64,000 nucleotides of DNA from Chiloscyllium plagiosum (lineage: Eukaryota). Under the pieces are notes generated by a model. The model ran no database searches and was not told where the DNA came from. It worked only from the letters and a program-made list of their open reading frames with translations. The position numbers were made by a program, and so were the translations under genes. The DNA lies in the NCBI RefSeq assembly GCF_004010195.1, contig NC_057718.1, positions 66,411,351 through 66,475,350 of the forward strand, read 5' to 3'. Below, in pieces: positions 11,901 through 25,088 of the stretch (within the stretch, counting starts at the first letter, position 1; each line of letters begins with the position of its first letter).

Positions 11901-14559
11901 GAGGACCAAAGCACTGTGATCCTCCGTAGTTTAACCAGCAAGGGCCAATCAAAGTATGCCTTCTCCACAGCCTTCAACTGTGTTTCGAGCAAATGTAGCT
12001 GCTCATCGTTCTGCCGTTTCTTACTGGCAGAGTAAGAAATAACTAACCCCTGGCATAGGCTTTAGCAGTTTCACAGAGAATGGATGGATTAGTGGCCGAC
12101 CCTGAATTAATGTCTAGGAAAGCCCTGAATTCATTGGAAAAGTACTGAAAAAACTTGATATCCTGAAGGATGAAGGGATCCAATTGCCATTGCCCCATAC
12201 CTGCTATAGTGTCCTTACTGTTAACCATTAGGTACATTGGAGCATGATCAGAGATAGTAATATTTCCAATTGTACAGGACACCACCAAGCCCAAGTCTGC
12301 TGCGGGAGTCAAAAAGAGATCAATCCTGGTATGACACCCTATGAATTGGAAAAAAAATATAAAATTCCTGCCTGTAGGGTGGAGACTCTTCCAGACATCC
12401 ACCAACCCTAGTTCAATACACAAATCCCTCAGTTGCTTAGAACGGGGTGCATTTGGGCAATCTGTCTATCGTGGGATCTGTTAGACAATTAAAATTTCTC
12501 CATATGATAATATGCTGAGATGCAAGGTTAATCAGTTTAGAACATGCATTTACCAGGAGTTTGAGGTGGGCTAGGGGACAGTAAACATTTAGGAGCCTGT
12601 GTTCTTCCCTATTTATCAAGGCTTTAAGGGTTATGAATCTCCTATTTGTCTTTAACACACTCTAGCACTTTAAATGGGAGATTCCCCCTAACAAGTAGGG
12701 CTACTCCGCTGTTCCTAGTATTAAAGGATGAGAAGTAAACCCAGTCATATCCATTCTGCTACAATTTCAAATGCTTTCTATCATCTCAGTGCATCTCCTG
12801 CACTAAGGCGATATCCACGCTTTCCTTTTTCCTCTTGACAGGCAAGTGGCTCCCCTTAATGTTCCAAATACACCATTTAAACACATCCTTAGCCATAACA
12901 TTCTGTAGCAATATTTCGACTCCAGAGAGGAAGAATTCTAATAACAAATCACTGAGCCTCAATGAAAGAAAATCCACAGAACATAGAAACTACATAAACA
13001 AAACCAGTTACAACTAACAAACCTACAAAACTTACAAAAACTATGTACACCAAAAACCAAAACCACATTTTAAGCGCCAATGGCACTGATTAGGGGAATT
13101 TACACCCTGCTCAAAGGGGGCATCTACACACCCCAAAATCCTATTTCCTACCCTATTGCCAATATGGCAGCCAGGGTAGTTAAATGTCAAAACTGGGTTT
13201 AAACTACCCATAAATAGGCAGCTAGCCATCCCAACCTTCTTGACTCCTCCTAGCTAGGGTCACATCACAAACACAGGCAGAGAAAGAAGAGAAAAAGAAA
13301 AGAAAGAATAGCAATATGGACAAATGAGTTAAAAGTAAATATGTCCGCAATCCCTGGTGTAGCTTAACTTAGAAACTAAAGATAAATACTCTGTCCATCC
13401 CTGAGCATAATTTAACACAATATATTACCAACAAAAAAAGAGACCCCAACAGAAACCTCCCTTAAGAAGAACAAACCCAAGCTATGCTATTATCTTTCCG
13501 ATTCAGTTGTCCAGTCTAAGTTAGCGGGTCCACAAAGTTTCTTGCTTTCTCTGGGAGTCAATTAAGTGTACAGGTAAGTCCACAGGTAAGCTGATGCACT
13601 TCTGGGTATCTTCGAAAGTACTGAATCCCAAGTGTGCTCAATCTTTTCTTGATGCCATCATAGGATTTTCTTTTTTGGATCACCACTGCTGAGAAGTCTT
13701 GAAAAAACATTACCCTTGAGCCCTTGCAAACCATACCACTCTGATCCTTCCCCTCAGCTCTGGAAGCTCCCACGACTCTGTTTGTCTTTATAATTATAGA
13801 ACTGCACCAGGATATGGTGAGGGCATTGGTCCATACCTGGCTTCCACGCCATGACCCAGTGAGCTCTTTCAATCTTCATTCTTCCAATTTCAACCTCCAG
13901 GCTAGGAAATTCCAGCAGCCACTTTGCAAAGAATTCCACTGGCCTTTCATCTTCCTTCCCCTCCGACAAACCGATGATACGAGGATTCTTCCTCCTGACC
14001 CTGTTCTCAAGATCATCAACCTGCTCAAATAAACCACGGACCTGCATTTCCATGGCTTCAGACCAGTGCTTAAATTAATCATTCTCGGTTTCCACTACTA
14101 TGACTTGGTGTTCAACCTTGTCTGACCTTTTCCTGTGGTCTCCCAGCTGCTATTCATGCTTCTGTAGCGTAACAGAGATCAGGGCCAGCTTTTCTTCAAT
14201 CTGCTTTCCCAGCACCTCGCAAGATTTGGCAAGCTCTGTGACCAAGGCCTGGTGAGTAAGCAGGCCCATCGCATCAGTAGATTGAGCCACAATCCCGGCC
14301 TTGGGCAAGCTCCCTCCTTTTTAACTAAGCATCTGTATCCCTGTGCTCCCCACCTACTCATGCATCTGTCCAGACTCTTTCTTAAGCATTTCCTCACAGC
14401 AAAAATGAAGGTAAGAGAAATTTTAATGTTTTATGACTCTTTTGCAGTATTTGTAAGTAAAATGACTTGCCTGGGGTGGTCTCTAGCTCTGTCTCATTGG
14501 TGTTGTAATGTGGAGCCCAGCAACATGATCCTTCTAGATCGCCGCCATCTTGGATCCCC
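8930..14559 (-). mobile_element. Essentially full-length but decayed L1-clade LINE, about 5.6 kb, with 5' UTR, ORF1, spacer, ORF2 (EN-RT-Cys) and a 3' AATAAA/A-rich end
   Basis: 5' end 'ggggatccaagatggcggcg'. ORF1 'DDLENRVRRKNPRIIGLSEG' and 'VMFFQDFSA'. EN 'WNIKG', 'ALVQEMH', 'TRIDLFL', 'ISDHAP'. RT 'DQVGFIKGH', 'SLDAEK', 'ITLYANYV', 'YLGIFI', 'ILSRLLY'. Numerous stops and frameshifts. Confidence 0.92.
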
Positions 14560-15299
14560 GACACTACTTCATTTTAAATTGCAAGTTTAAAACTTTATCT
14601 TTTGATTTTGCCGCAAGAGCAACTTGCATTCATGTAAATCTTTAATACAGTATAACATCTCTAGATACTTTTAGAAAGGCATAATCAGATACAAGTTGAC
14701 GTCAAGTCAAAGGAAACCTCAAGATCGATGATGAAAACTTTGGTTGAAGAACTGCATTTGATGGAAATTTTTAAAAACAGAGGCAAGTGTGTGTTGATGA
14801 GAAATTTCAGACCTTAGACCTACCAGTTGTAGTTGACCTTTTATATGATGCAAAGTTGATGATCTATTCAAATGATTCTGAGGTGATGTTGCACTCCTAA
14901 CCAATCAAACCGATGTTAGAATGAAAATATCAACAGGAAAAACTTCTTGTTCACACTGTTTCTGTTTTCAACAAGATGAAGACAAGTAACAGAATTAACA
15001 TAGAAATTTATTGGAAGAATTTTTCAAAATGTCCATATTTCACAATAAGGGTCATGAATTTCTTCAGGCTGGGGAATACTAGATTCTTGTCTCAAAATCT
15101 GAGCATGCATTATATTTTATTACATGCCATATCTGCCTCATCGTTACCATCTTTCCATTTGTGGAAGACAATGAACATGCAGCTAAGCAAATCCATTCAA
15201 TACGCTAGCTTTATATGGAGCATTTTTGCCTATGTCTGAAAAAATAAACTTGTGGGCAGATTCTGCCACAAGTACTGCATGTAAAATGGTTATCCTATG

Positions 15300-15900
15300 A
15301 CTGTTGTCAGGCTGTTATATTATCCATTGTAGATAACCATGTTGGCACGTGCTAGCCATGTAAGGGTGCCACTTTCCTCTGTCAGCTAGTTGTATTCTAG
15401 GTTTGAGAATCCATGTTTAGGGTTTTCATAATTTGCAAGAAGCCTTGAGGAGTCCTGGGTAACTTGTTGGTTATTGTGGTCTGGATACTATGCCATACAG
15501 AAACAGTCCTGCATCCTGCAGACCAGCTTGGAGAGGACTACAATATTTGTGATTAATGTTTTTGAGTTGTCCAGAAAGGAAGCATCATAGCTTTCCTTTC
15601 TTCATTTGAAAAGCTGTCCACATTTCACAAAAGACAAGACTGAGAACATGGGCCTCATAAACCAGCATCTTGAAAATTAAATACCTTGATGTTGTTCATG
15701 CATGCTTTGAGTTGGCCATAAGTGGTTGCTGCTTTCCCAATGTTTGTATTGAGTTCTGAATCAAAAGACAAAATCCAGGGAAACAATATTTGCTAACCAC
15801 TTCCAATGGAGTGTTATTTCGTATGATGAGGGGTAGGGGAGGATGTGAGTTTTGTCCCTTGACCATAGTTTTATGATGCTTGAAGTCAGGGAGAATTAGT
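15300..15900 (-). mobile_element. Decayed RTE-clade LINE fragment (RT C-terminal region)
   Basis: Minus-strand remnants 'LEVVSKY' and 'DSELNTNIGKAATTYGQL'. Confidence 0.6.
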
Positions 15901-17248
15901 TACAGGTATGGGAGAGATTGACATCCCTTTAGACATGCAAATGTTTTCCAATAAGTCCTTCTCCCTTGGAGAGTAATACTGGAAGAATTTGAAAGATTAT
16001 TAAATGTTTGTGCAAGTCCAGCACAAGTTACAGCACAACTTAAAGGGTAGAATCCACCCTCGAGTTAGACTGTTCTGTAGGTGACAATATGACCATTTTG
16101 CTATTCTTGTTAACAACTGTTGTGATGACTTGTTCCGGTTTAACTTGAGTTGCGTACTTGGTTTTCTTCCTTTAAGGCACTGCGATTAATCATTTGGTAT
16201 GCATTAGTTTTGATCATTAATGGAGAGATTGTCACTAAAGTTTGTGCAGGGAAAATCTAAAGGTTCTATTATTCTAAAATCAAAATGTTCTATCAATTAC
16301 TGTACTATGGTAATTACTACTAAATAATTACTAATCATCATGTATCTTCATCACAGAAAATCTAGTCAGTTTTTACGCGATAGACGAAAAACTATATATT
16401 TTTAAGTCAAAAGTCATGGTCTCAACATTTGTACCATGTCAACATTTAGGTACGGTACATATTGTATTAATTTATTATACACGTATCTTTTTGCTGAAAT
16501 TTCTTATGGTAGCTGAACCCAATCACAGTGCACAGTTAGTACATTATCTCTACAAAACTTAACAAAGCTGGTTCTTTCTAAATATTCTAATTTGGAACTC
16601 GGGAGGAATACAAGCCTGTAGATAAATTTAAGAATGCGTACTTAATGTTAATATTGTTGTTTCTGCTTCAGATTAAATCTCCAAGGATTGGTATACAGTG
16701 ATTAATACAATTGCTGTGGAACAGAATTTCCAGAAATTAGTTACACTTTCCATTAATTAAAATTAAAGCCTTTCATTTTTATTCTTGAGCCCTCTGATTA
16801 TTGCTTTGTTATAAAGTCATAGGAGCAGGCTCTTCAGCCCATGGTTATCACAGAAACAAGTAAAAACCAAACTATACTTAGCCCATTTACCTGCACGTGG
16901 TCTGTAGCCTGCTATGCCCTGGCATTTTAAGAGCTCATCCAGAAGCTGCTTTAACGTTGTGACAGTACCAGCATCTTGAGCAGCATGTTCCATTTTTTTA
17001 CCACCCTCTAGTTTAGAAAACATGTTTTGAGATCTAAATCACTTAGTCCTCACCTTACTTTATGCTCTCTGGTCTTAGACACATCAGCCATGGGGAAACG
17101 AGTCTCACCATCTACCCTATCTATGCCCCTCATAATTCTTTATATCTCGATCAGAAACTCCGCTCAACTCTTTAGCTCCAGGGAAAACAAATGCAGCCTA
17201 TCCAGTCTCCTTATCACTGAAACTTCCTATCTCAGACAACATCTTGGT

Positions 17249-18020
17249 AAAAAGTGAAAATTGTTGGAGAATCTCAGCAGGTCTGGCAGCATCTATGGAT
17301 TGAAAGCAAAGTCAACGTTTTGGATCTAGTGACCCTTCTGCAGAACTGATTGTGGCTAACAAGGCGACATATGAAGGAACCTCGATTATCTGAAGGAAAC
17401 GAATACCAGCATTCAGTTAATCAAATTCCAGATAATTGAATGCCGGATAACATAGTTTAGCTGAGCATCGGGATCTTGCGATTTTGCTGGATAATCTAAT
17501 ATTCGGAAAATCAAATTCCAAATAATTGAGGTTCCTCTCTTATGTACCGAAGATTGGGGTGAGGAGGGTATGGGGTGAGGGGAAGGAGTAAAAGGTTGAT
17601 GGAGATGGAGCCCAGAGAGAGAACAGATAAAAGGAACAGATAATGGTGAGCCAAGCAGAGAGAAAAGCTGCTCATGGGGACTATTGGGTGAAAATGAATT
17701 AGCTGTGAATAAAGCAGCCCATGTGATGACAAGGCCTGGGGAGTAGGAGTGGGTAAAGGACATGGAAGAACGTGCTCAAGCCCTAAAATTGTTGAACTCT
17801 GTATCGACTTCTAAGGACTGTAGGATTCCCAAGTAAAAAATGAAATGTTCTTCTGGCTCTCACTGAGCCTCACTGGTACACGGCAGCAGGCCTGAGAAAC
17901 GTGTTGGCCAGGCAATTGGAAGTTCAGGGTCATTTTTGAGAACAGAGTGCGAGGTCTGCATTTAGTCTCCCCAGTGTAGATGAAACCATATTGTGAGCAG
18001 TGAATGCAATAGACTAGGTT
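17249..18020 (-). mobile_element. Penelope-like element 3' portion: GIY-YIG endonuclease remnant plus family B pLTR with a hammerhead motif
   Basis: Minus strand 'CIHCSQYGFIYTGETKCR' (GIY-YIG). Terminal 'agttctgcagaagggtcactagatccaaaacgttgact' is a degenerate hammerhead. Confidence 0.8.
17372..17540. mobile_element. Tigger/pogo-type MITE nested in the Penelope-like element
   Basis: TIRs aggaacctcgattat / ataattgaggttcct with TA flanks. Same TIR family as 48065-48221. Confidence 0.75.
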
Positions 18021-19225
18021 AATTCATTGTGTAAATCCTTCCTTATTCGGCCTGCCAAAATACATCATCTTACACTTATCAGGATTAAATTCCACCTACC
18101 ATTGTTCTACCCAATTTACCAGCTGATCGATATCACACTGTAGCCTGAGTCCATCCTCCTTACTATCAACAATGCTATTAACTTTCATGTCATCTGAAAA
18201 CTTACTAATTATGCCTACTACGTTTTCATCTAAGTCATTGATGTACAAAAAATGCAAGGGTCCCAATACTGATCCCTATGGTGCACTGTTGATTACAGGC
18301 TTCCAATCACAAAAACAACCCTTCTATTTGTAAACCAATTTTCAATCCAGGTTGCCAACTTATCTTGGATTCGGTGGGCTCTTACCTTCTGGGACAGCCT
18401 TACTAAAGTCCATGTAAACCATAGCAGCTGTACTCCACTCATCAAAATATTTATTCGCACTTCCTAAAAACATGATTAAATTATTCAGAAAGGATCTCCC
18501 TCCAACAAATCTCTGCTGACCATTCCTGATCAATCCTGACCTTTGCAATCCTGTTACTCAAAATTTTGCCAATAATTTCCCTACCACCAACTAACTGGTC
18601 CATAATTGCCTGGCCTATCCCTGCTGCCTCCAGTCATCTGGCACTTCACCTGTGGCCAAATAGGGCATTAAATATAGCCACGGCCCCAGCCTTGCCTGCC
18701 TTACCTCTCATAGCACCCTGGGATCTCAACAGGCACCGGGGATTTATGCACCTTTTATGTCCTTTAAAGCATCTAATATCCCCTCCTTATTAATCATAAT
18801 GATTTTGTGCTAGGTTACAACTTCTCTTCAGAATCTTTCTTCATGGTTTCATCAGTTTGCTGACATTGTTGGCTTTAGCAAAAATGAAGCTTAAATGAAA
18901 TTACTCAAATCATTTTAATAGTAACCTGTTCTCTTCTGCTTTCACATTAGCAAACTGGGAAGACTGTTTCATTTGATCATCATTCCTTTGGGAAAATGCT
19001 TTGTAGTTTTATGTTGTGGCAGACCTCTCCCAGTGCCAATGAGTTTCCCAAAGCTGACATTGAGAAACCATTCACGTGTGAAATATGACTACCAGAACTA
19101 AGAGGGATTCTTTCTGTGGGCCTTACTGTTTGTCTGTGAATTGCAGTAATTTTACGTTTTAGTTTGTATCCGGGTTGCAAGAGTTCCACAGTTGGGTAAT
19201 AAATACATCATATAAAATTGACACA

Positions 19226-21357
19226 ATAGAACATAGAACAGTACAGCACAGAACAGGCCCTTCAGCCCACGATGTTGTGCCGACCATTGATCCTCATGTA
19301 TACACCCTCAAATTTCTGTGACCATGTCCAGCAGTCTCTCAAATGTCCCCAATGACCTTGCTTCCACAACTGCTGCTGGCAACGCATTCCATGCTCTCTC
19401 CACACTCTGTGTAAAGAACCTGCCTCTGACATCCCCTCTATACTTTCCTCCAATCAGCTTAACACTATGGCCCCTTCGTATTAGCCATTTCTGCCCTGGG
19501 AATTAGTCTCTGGCTATCGACTCTATCTATGCCTCTCATTATCTTGTATACCTCAATTAGGTCCCCTCTCCTCCTCCTTTTCTCCAATGAAAAAAGTCCG
19601 AGCTCAGTCAACCTCTCTTCATAAAATAAGCCCTCCAGTCCAGGCAGCATCCTGGTAAACCTCCTCTGAACCCCCTCCAAAGCACCAGCATCTTTCCTAT
19701 AATAGGGCGACCAGAACTGGACGCAATATTCCAAGTGCGATCTAACCAAAGTTTTATAGAGCTGCAACAAGATCTCATGACTCTTAAACTCAATCCCCCT
19801 GTTAATGAAAGCCAAAACACCATATGCTTTCTTAACAACCCTGTCCACTTGGGTGGCCATTTTAAGGGATCTATGTACCTGCACACCAAGATCCCTCTGT
19901 TCCTCCACACTGCCAAGAATCCTATCCTTAACCCTGTACTCAGCTTTCAAATTCGACCTTCCAAAATGCATCACCTCGCACTTATCCAGGTTGAACNNNN
20001 NNNNNNNNNNNNNNNNNNNNNNNNNNNNNNNNNNNNNNNNNNNNNNNNNNNNNNNNNNNNNNNNNNNNNNNNNNNNNNNNNNNNNNNNNNNNNNNNNNNN
20101 NNNNNNNNNNNNNNNNNNNNNNNNNNNNNNNNNNNNNNNNNNNNNNNNNNNNNNNNNNNNNNNNNNNNNNNNNNNNNNNNNNNNNNNNNNNNNNNNNNNN
20201 NNNNNNNNNNNNNNNNNNNNNNNNNNNNNNNNNNNNNNNNNNNNNNAGACGTGAGACTTACTGGTCTGTAATTGCCAGGGATTTCCCTATTTCCTTTTTT
20301 GAAGAGAGGAATTACATTTGCCTCTCTCCAGTCCTCAGGTACGACTCCAGTGGAGAGCGAGGATGCAAAGATCTTCGCAAGTGGCAAAGCAATTGCATTT
20401 CTCATTTCCCAAAGCAGCCGAGGACAAGTCTGGTCTGGGCCTGGCGACTTGTCAATCTTAATGTTTGACAAAATTTTCAGCACATCAGCTTCCTCTATCT
20501 CTATCCATTCCAGCATGCTTTTCAAAGGTTTCATTTACTACAAAGTTCATTTCTTTTGTAAAGACAGAAACTAAAAATTCATTTAGGGCTCCCCCTACAT
20601 CCTTAGACTCCACACACCAGTTCCCTATGCTATCCCTGATCGGCCCTACTCTTTCTTTGACCATTCTCTTATGCCTCTCATAAGTGTAAAATGCCTTTGT
20701 GTTCTCCCTAATCCGTTCTGCCAAGCATTTCTCGTGCCCCCTCCTGGCTCTCCTCAGACCATTTTTGAGCTCCTTCCTTGCCTGCCTGTAATCCTCTAGA
20801 GCTGAGCTTGACCCTAGCTTCCTCCACCTTATGTGAGCTACCTTCTTCCTTTTGACGAGAAGCTCCACCGCTCTCGTCATCCAAGGTTCCTTTATCTTAC
20901 CACTTCTTGCCTGTCTCAGAGGGACGTATTTATTCATCACTTGCAACAACTGTTCCTTAAACAGTCTCCACATGTCTATAGTGCCTTTATCATGGAACAA
21001 TTGCTCCCAGTCCATGCTTCCTAAATCATGTCTAATTGCATCATAGTGTCCTCTTCCCCAAGTAAATATCCTCCCATTTTGCCTAATCCTCCTCCTCCTC
21101 CATAGCTATGTAGAATGTGAGGCAGTTATGGTCACTATCACCAAAATGCTCTCTCACCACAAGATCTGATACCTGCCCCGGCTCGTTTCCAAGCACCAAG
21201 TCTAGAATGGCCTCTCCCCCTCCCCTTGTCGGCCTGTCAATGTACTGAGTTAGGAAATCCTCCTGAGAACACCTTACAAAAACAATATTGATTGGAACCT
21301 CTGCTCGAAAGAGGTTCCAATCAATATTGGGAAAGTTAGTCACCCATGACAACAACA
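19226..21357 (-). mobile_element. Young 5'-truncated CR1 (HER1-like) LINE containing an assembly gap
   Basis: Long open ORF2 segments ('KSPGPDQ', 'EDWREANVIPLFKKG', 'NYRPVSLTS', 'LEYCVQFWSPYYRKD'). (catagaa)-type 3' tail. Confidence 0.95.
19997..20246. other. Assembly gap (250 N)
   Basis: Run of N inside the RT region of a young CR1. Confidence 1.
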
Positions 21358-22287
21358 ATATATGAAGTATTCAGGATAAATTATGAATTTCATGCATATT
21401 AGAAGAATAATTTACTGATCAGGTTTTTTCAGGTTCTGGCTATAGATAAATGAAAATCAAAAGTTTCTTCTGAAACGTCCACCAGTGATTAAGAGGCTGA
21501 ATTCCAGTTTCAGGTGGCCTGTGATGTTGCATGTACTGTGTCTCAACCGTAACCTTTAAGCTTGGAATGAAAGGTTTCTAGATGTTGTTCAAATCAATCT
21601 TTGAGTGGTCAGATTATAACCCTTTGAGTCTCTTAAACAATTTTGTTCCATGTGTGTCTCCTTCCCATGAGCCCTCAACAAATATACTCCGCTTTGTGTC
21701 CCAGTATAGAAGCTAGCTGCAGCCATATTAATAATACTTCCAGTTTTTGACTGGCAAAAAGAAAAATGGTTTTGGAGTCTGGTATTAGGCAACTACAACC
21801 ATCATAAAAGTTATGGGACTAACTTATAAACATCATGGGAATAATTTTAGAAAAACTATTTCCTCCACCAAAGTGAAAGTTGAGAATCTAGGGGAAAGTG
21901 CACACACCATTTTAAAAAATTATATAAAATTTTGGAAGACTAAAAGTAAGAATGTTCCAAATGACACATTAAGATAAATAATGATCTTTCATACTAAATT
22001 GTTGGCATCTATTCTTATTCAGTGTAAATGCAATAAAAGAACTACTGTTTGAGACTTTTTTCTTTGGTTTTTGGAACACGCAACATGAGTTGAAAATTTC
22101 AAAGTTATTAGACCATTAGAGACGCTTTGAGTCTGTCAGCAATTTCAATAATTAGCTTATTATTGGCAGCATGTTCTCGTAACATATGTTAGATTATTTG
22201 GCAAGCTTCATGTATTCAGTATTTTTGGATACTTAAGAATTCATAACTCTTTGTTATTCTCAAATGTACACTTTTTTTATTTGCGTT

Positions 22288-22420
22288 ACACTAATATCCT
22301 TTAGGAAATGTAGCTGCCATTCTTACCTGGTGTAGCCTACATGTGACTCCAGATCTACAGCAATGGTTGACTCTTAACTGCCTTCTGGGCAATTAGGGAT
22401 GTGCAATAAATGCTGGCAGA
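22288..22420 (+). mobile_element. 3' part of a shark SINE sharing its tail with a CR1/L2-group LINE
   Basis: 'ggttgactcttaactgcc..ggcaattagggatgtgcaataaatgctggc'. Related copies at 50135 (+) and at 42800, 60745 and 61120 (-). Confidence 0.65.
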
Positions 22421-22633
22421 AAATGGATAAAAATAAGTTTTAAAAAAAAAAACACTTTTTCATCATTTACAGGGTTAGTTATTTTGAAGTGCAGCACTTA
22501 ATCACCTTTAATCAAAACAAGTTAGTAACTATTTTGTCCAGCAACAGGATAGTCTAAAACTACTTAACCTGACGAGCACAGGTGATACTACAAAAGAATG
22601 GTTTTCTCATTTGCCAAAAGGTCAGTATGTTAT

Positions 22634-22956
22634 GATTACATTCCCTTCAGTGTGGAAACAGGCCCTTCGGCCCAACAAGTCCACACCGACCCTCCAATGA
22701 GCAACCCACCCAGACCCATTCCCCTACATTCACCCCTGACTAATGCACCTAACTACGGGCAATTTAGCATGGCCAATTCACCTAACCTGCACATCTTTGG
22801 ACTATGGGAGGAAACCGAAGCACCCGGAGGAAACCCATGCAGACACTGGGAGAATGTGCAAACTCCACACACAGTTGCCCGAGGCGGGAATTGAACCCGG
22901 GTCCCTGGCGCTGTGAGGCAGCAGTGCTGACCACTGAGCGAGCCACCATACCGCCC
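22634..22956 (-). mobile_element. HE1 V-SINE
   Basis: tRNA-like head with A/B boxes, V-domain 'gtgtggagtttgcacattctccc' and CR1-like tail 'gggccgaagggcctgtttccacactg'. Confidence 0.93.
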
Positions 22957-23214
22957 AAAACGCCTTAACTTCATTTTAAATTTCTATAAATGTTAGAACT
23001 AAAACTTAGATTTGATTCTTAACCATGTTGACTATGTCCAACCTCCTCCTGATGACCAAATGGATTTTGCCTGTTGGACAAAAAGCTATATTTTATTGCC
23101 AAGGTAAAATCTACAATGGCATGGTCATTTTAACGTCATGCTGCCACAGCTTTAACTATCTGATTTAAGTAATGCTATCGACAGTTTGAGTAGAAATTGA
23201 TATTTTTGGAAGTA

Positions 23215-23800
23215 CTGTGTTTACTAGTATATAAGGGTCAAATTGTTTAGACTATGTTTTAAGGTTAAATTTCTGAGGTTGACTATTACATGGATATTCC
23301 TTTTGAGGGGCTGAAATTCATGTCCGTTAAAATTTATACTCTATCATTAGAAGCCCAGATGGTCTCTAAGCGAATAAAGAAAAATACACCATGAATTACA
23401 GTAATTATTGGATAAAGAGAATAGAAAATAAAATGAATTAGTAATTATTCCATCTGCCTTTTTTATTTTTTCTTGTTATTTTCTCTTTTTATAAAACAAA
23501 ACTTACCTTGGAGCAGCAATGACATCATCGGTGCAGCTGAGGGCTAGACTGGAATCCCAGACCGGAGCGGGACGACCGGCAGACCGGAGTCCCGGAGCGG
23601 AGCCACTGTACAAAAAGTGAATGCTAATTGTACTAATTATAGTGCTCACTCAATAATAAACTTGTGCAGTCTGAAGCCTAACGTCGGTGTGAATTATGCG
23701 AAGGACTAGGGTCAATTTTTATAAAAGATTCCAGATTTTTTTGGCCAAAAACAGGAGGTTGGTTTTTACTTGAGACGAACCTTTGCTTGCATATTTCGGG
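23215..23800. mobile_element. Non-autonomous Tc1/mariner-superfamily (Tc2/pogo-like) DNA element, decayed
   Basis: TA-flanked ends 'ta|ctgtgtttactagtatataag' and 'cttgcatatttcggg|ta'. GC-rich internal repeats (gaccggag). Confidence 0.5.
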
Positions 23801-23853
23801 TATATTAATACATTTTCAATTTACATCTTTGAAAACGTATTCCCCATCCCTCT

Positions 23854-24160
23854 TAGATTCTCAGTGTGGAACAGGCCATTCAGCCCATTGAGTCCATTTG
23901 GGTCCTCTTAAGAGTATCCCACACAGACCCACTCCCTACGCTACCACTGTATCCCTGCATTCCCTATGTCTAATCCACCCAGCCAGTATATCCCTAGTCA
24001 CAATGGACACGTTACCATGGCCAATCCACCTAACCTACATATATTTGGACAGTGGGAGGAAATCGATGCAGACACAGGGAGAATATGCAAACTCCACACA
24101 GACAGTCGCTCAAGTGTGGAATCGAATCAGATCTCTGGCTTTCTGCAGTTGTGAGAGCAC
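23854..24160 (-). mobile_element. HE1 V-SINE (diverged)
   Basis: Same V-domain and tail as the other HE1 copies. Confidence 0.85.
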
Positions 24161-24938
24161 TGTATAAATACAAGTTTTTTTTTTGGCTGAAATTGGTTTT
24201 GCTAATAAAATAAAAATCATTCAGCACATTTTTCCCTTGATCTCTGGGGAGGAACTTAGTAACTTTGAAGAATGTAAAACAGACTGAGTAATAGCAATAA
24301 CCTTTGTGACCTCCAACACAATAGTCATCCCCAAAGTATGTCACTGGAGCATTCAAAAGCAATTTGAAACTATCCTGTTGCTGGACAACATGTAAGATTA
24401 GTTGGCCAATGGCCTGGTCAAAGATGTGAATTTTGAGGAATTCCTTAAGAAAGAAGTGTGAGGTGAAGAAGTGTGAGAGGGGCATTCTAATGCTTGGGTC
24501 CAAGGGAACTGAATGGGTGGCCACTAATGGTAGAGTAGTTAAACTCACGCTGCTCTGAGGCTACAATTAGGGGAATGCACATGTATCAGATTGGAGGACA
24601 TGCAAGGCAAGGATGAGAATTAAAATTCAAGATGTTGTTTGACTAGGAGGTCAGTGTACAATTTAGTAGCCGTGAAGGTGGTGATATGGCAGGTGGTGGT
24701 AGAGTTCGGAATAATAGCACATATCCAACTCTGTTGTATTCAGTGTATTTTCATAAATTGAATGTACACAAGTACATATGTACGCTTTGGACCTCTTATT
24801 TCGATTTACAGTTGCGTTGTTGAATCTATGCCAATCATTGTACAATGTAATATCTTAATCTTTTCCATATGAAGATGGATATTCTGCTAATGAGTCTTTT
24901 CTGTAGCTTTTCTAACAAATGTTGGGTCAGATTTTTCA

Positions 24939-25088
24939 TCGGAGCAGGAGAATCGATGTTTCGGGAAAAAACCCTCTTGTGTGAAATGTTGATTCTCCTG
25001 ATCCTTGGATCCTGTCAGACCAGCTGTGCTTTTCCAGCACCACACTCTTGACTCTGATCGCCAGAATCTGCAGTCCTCACTTTCTCCT
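24939..25088 (+). mobile_element. PLE pLTR family A insertion with a short inverted 5' segment
   Basis: TSD agatttttca at 24929-24938 and 25089-25098. 'caggagaatcgatgtttc' is inverted relative to 'gaaatgttgattctcctg'. Confidence 0.75.

Larger units (their letters stand above)
16815..18800 (-). mobile_element. CR1 LINE fragment interrupted by a Penelope-like element
   Basis: 3' end at 16815-17235. RT resumes at about 18030 ('VYMDFSKA', 'NGQQRFVGGRSFLNNL'). Confidence 0.8.

Noticed and set aside
19735..20534. Long ORFs spanning X residues
   Set aside because: Artefacts of the 250-N gap inside a CR1.
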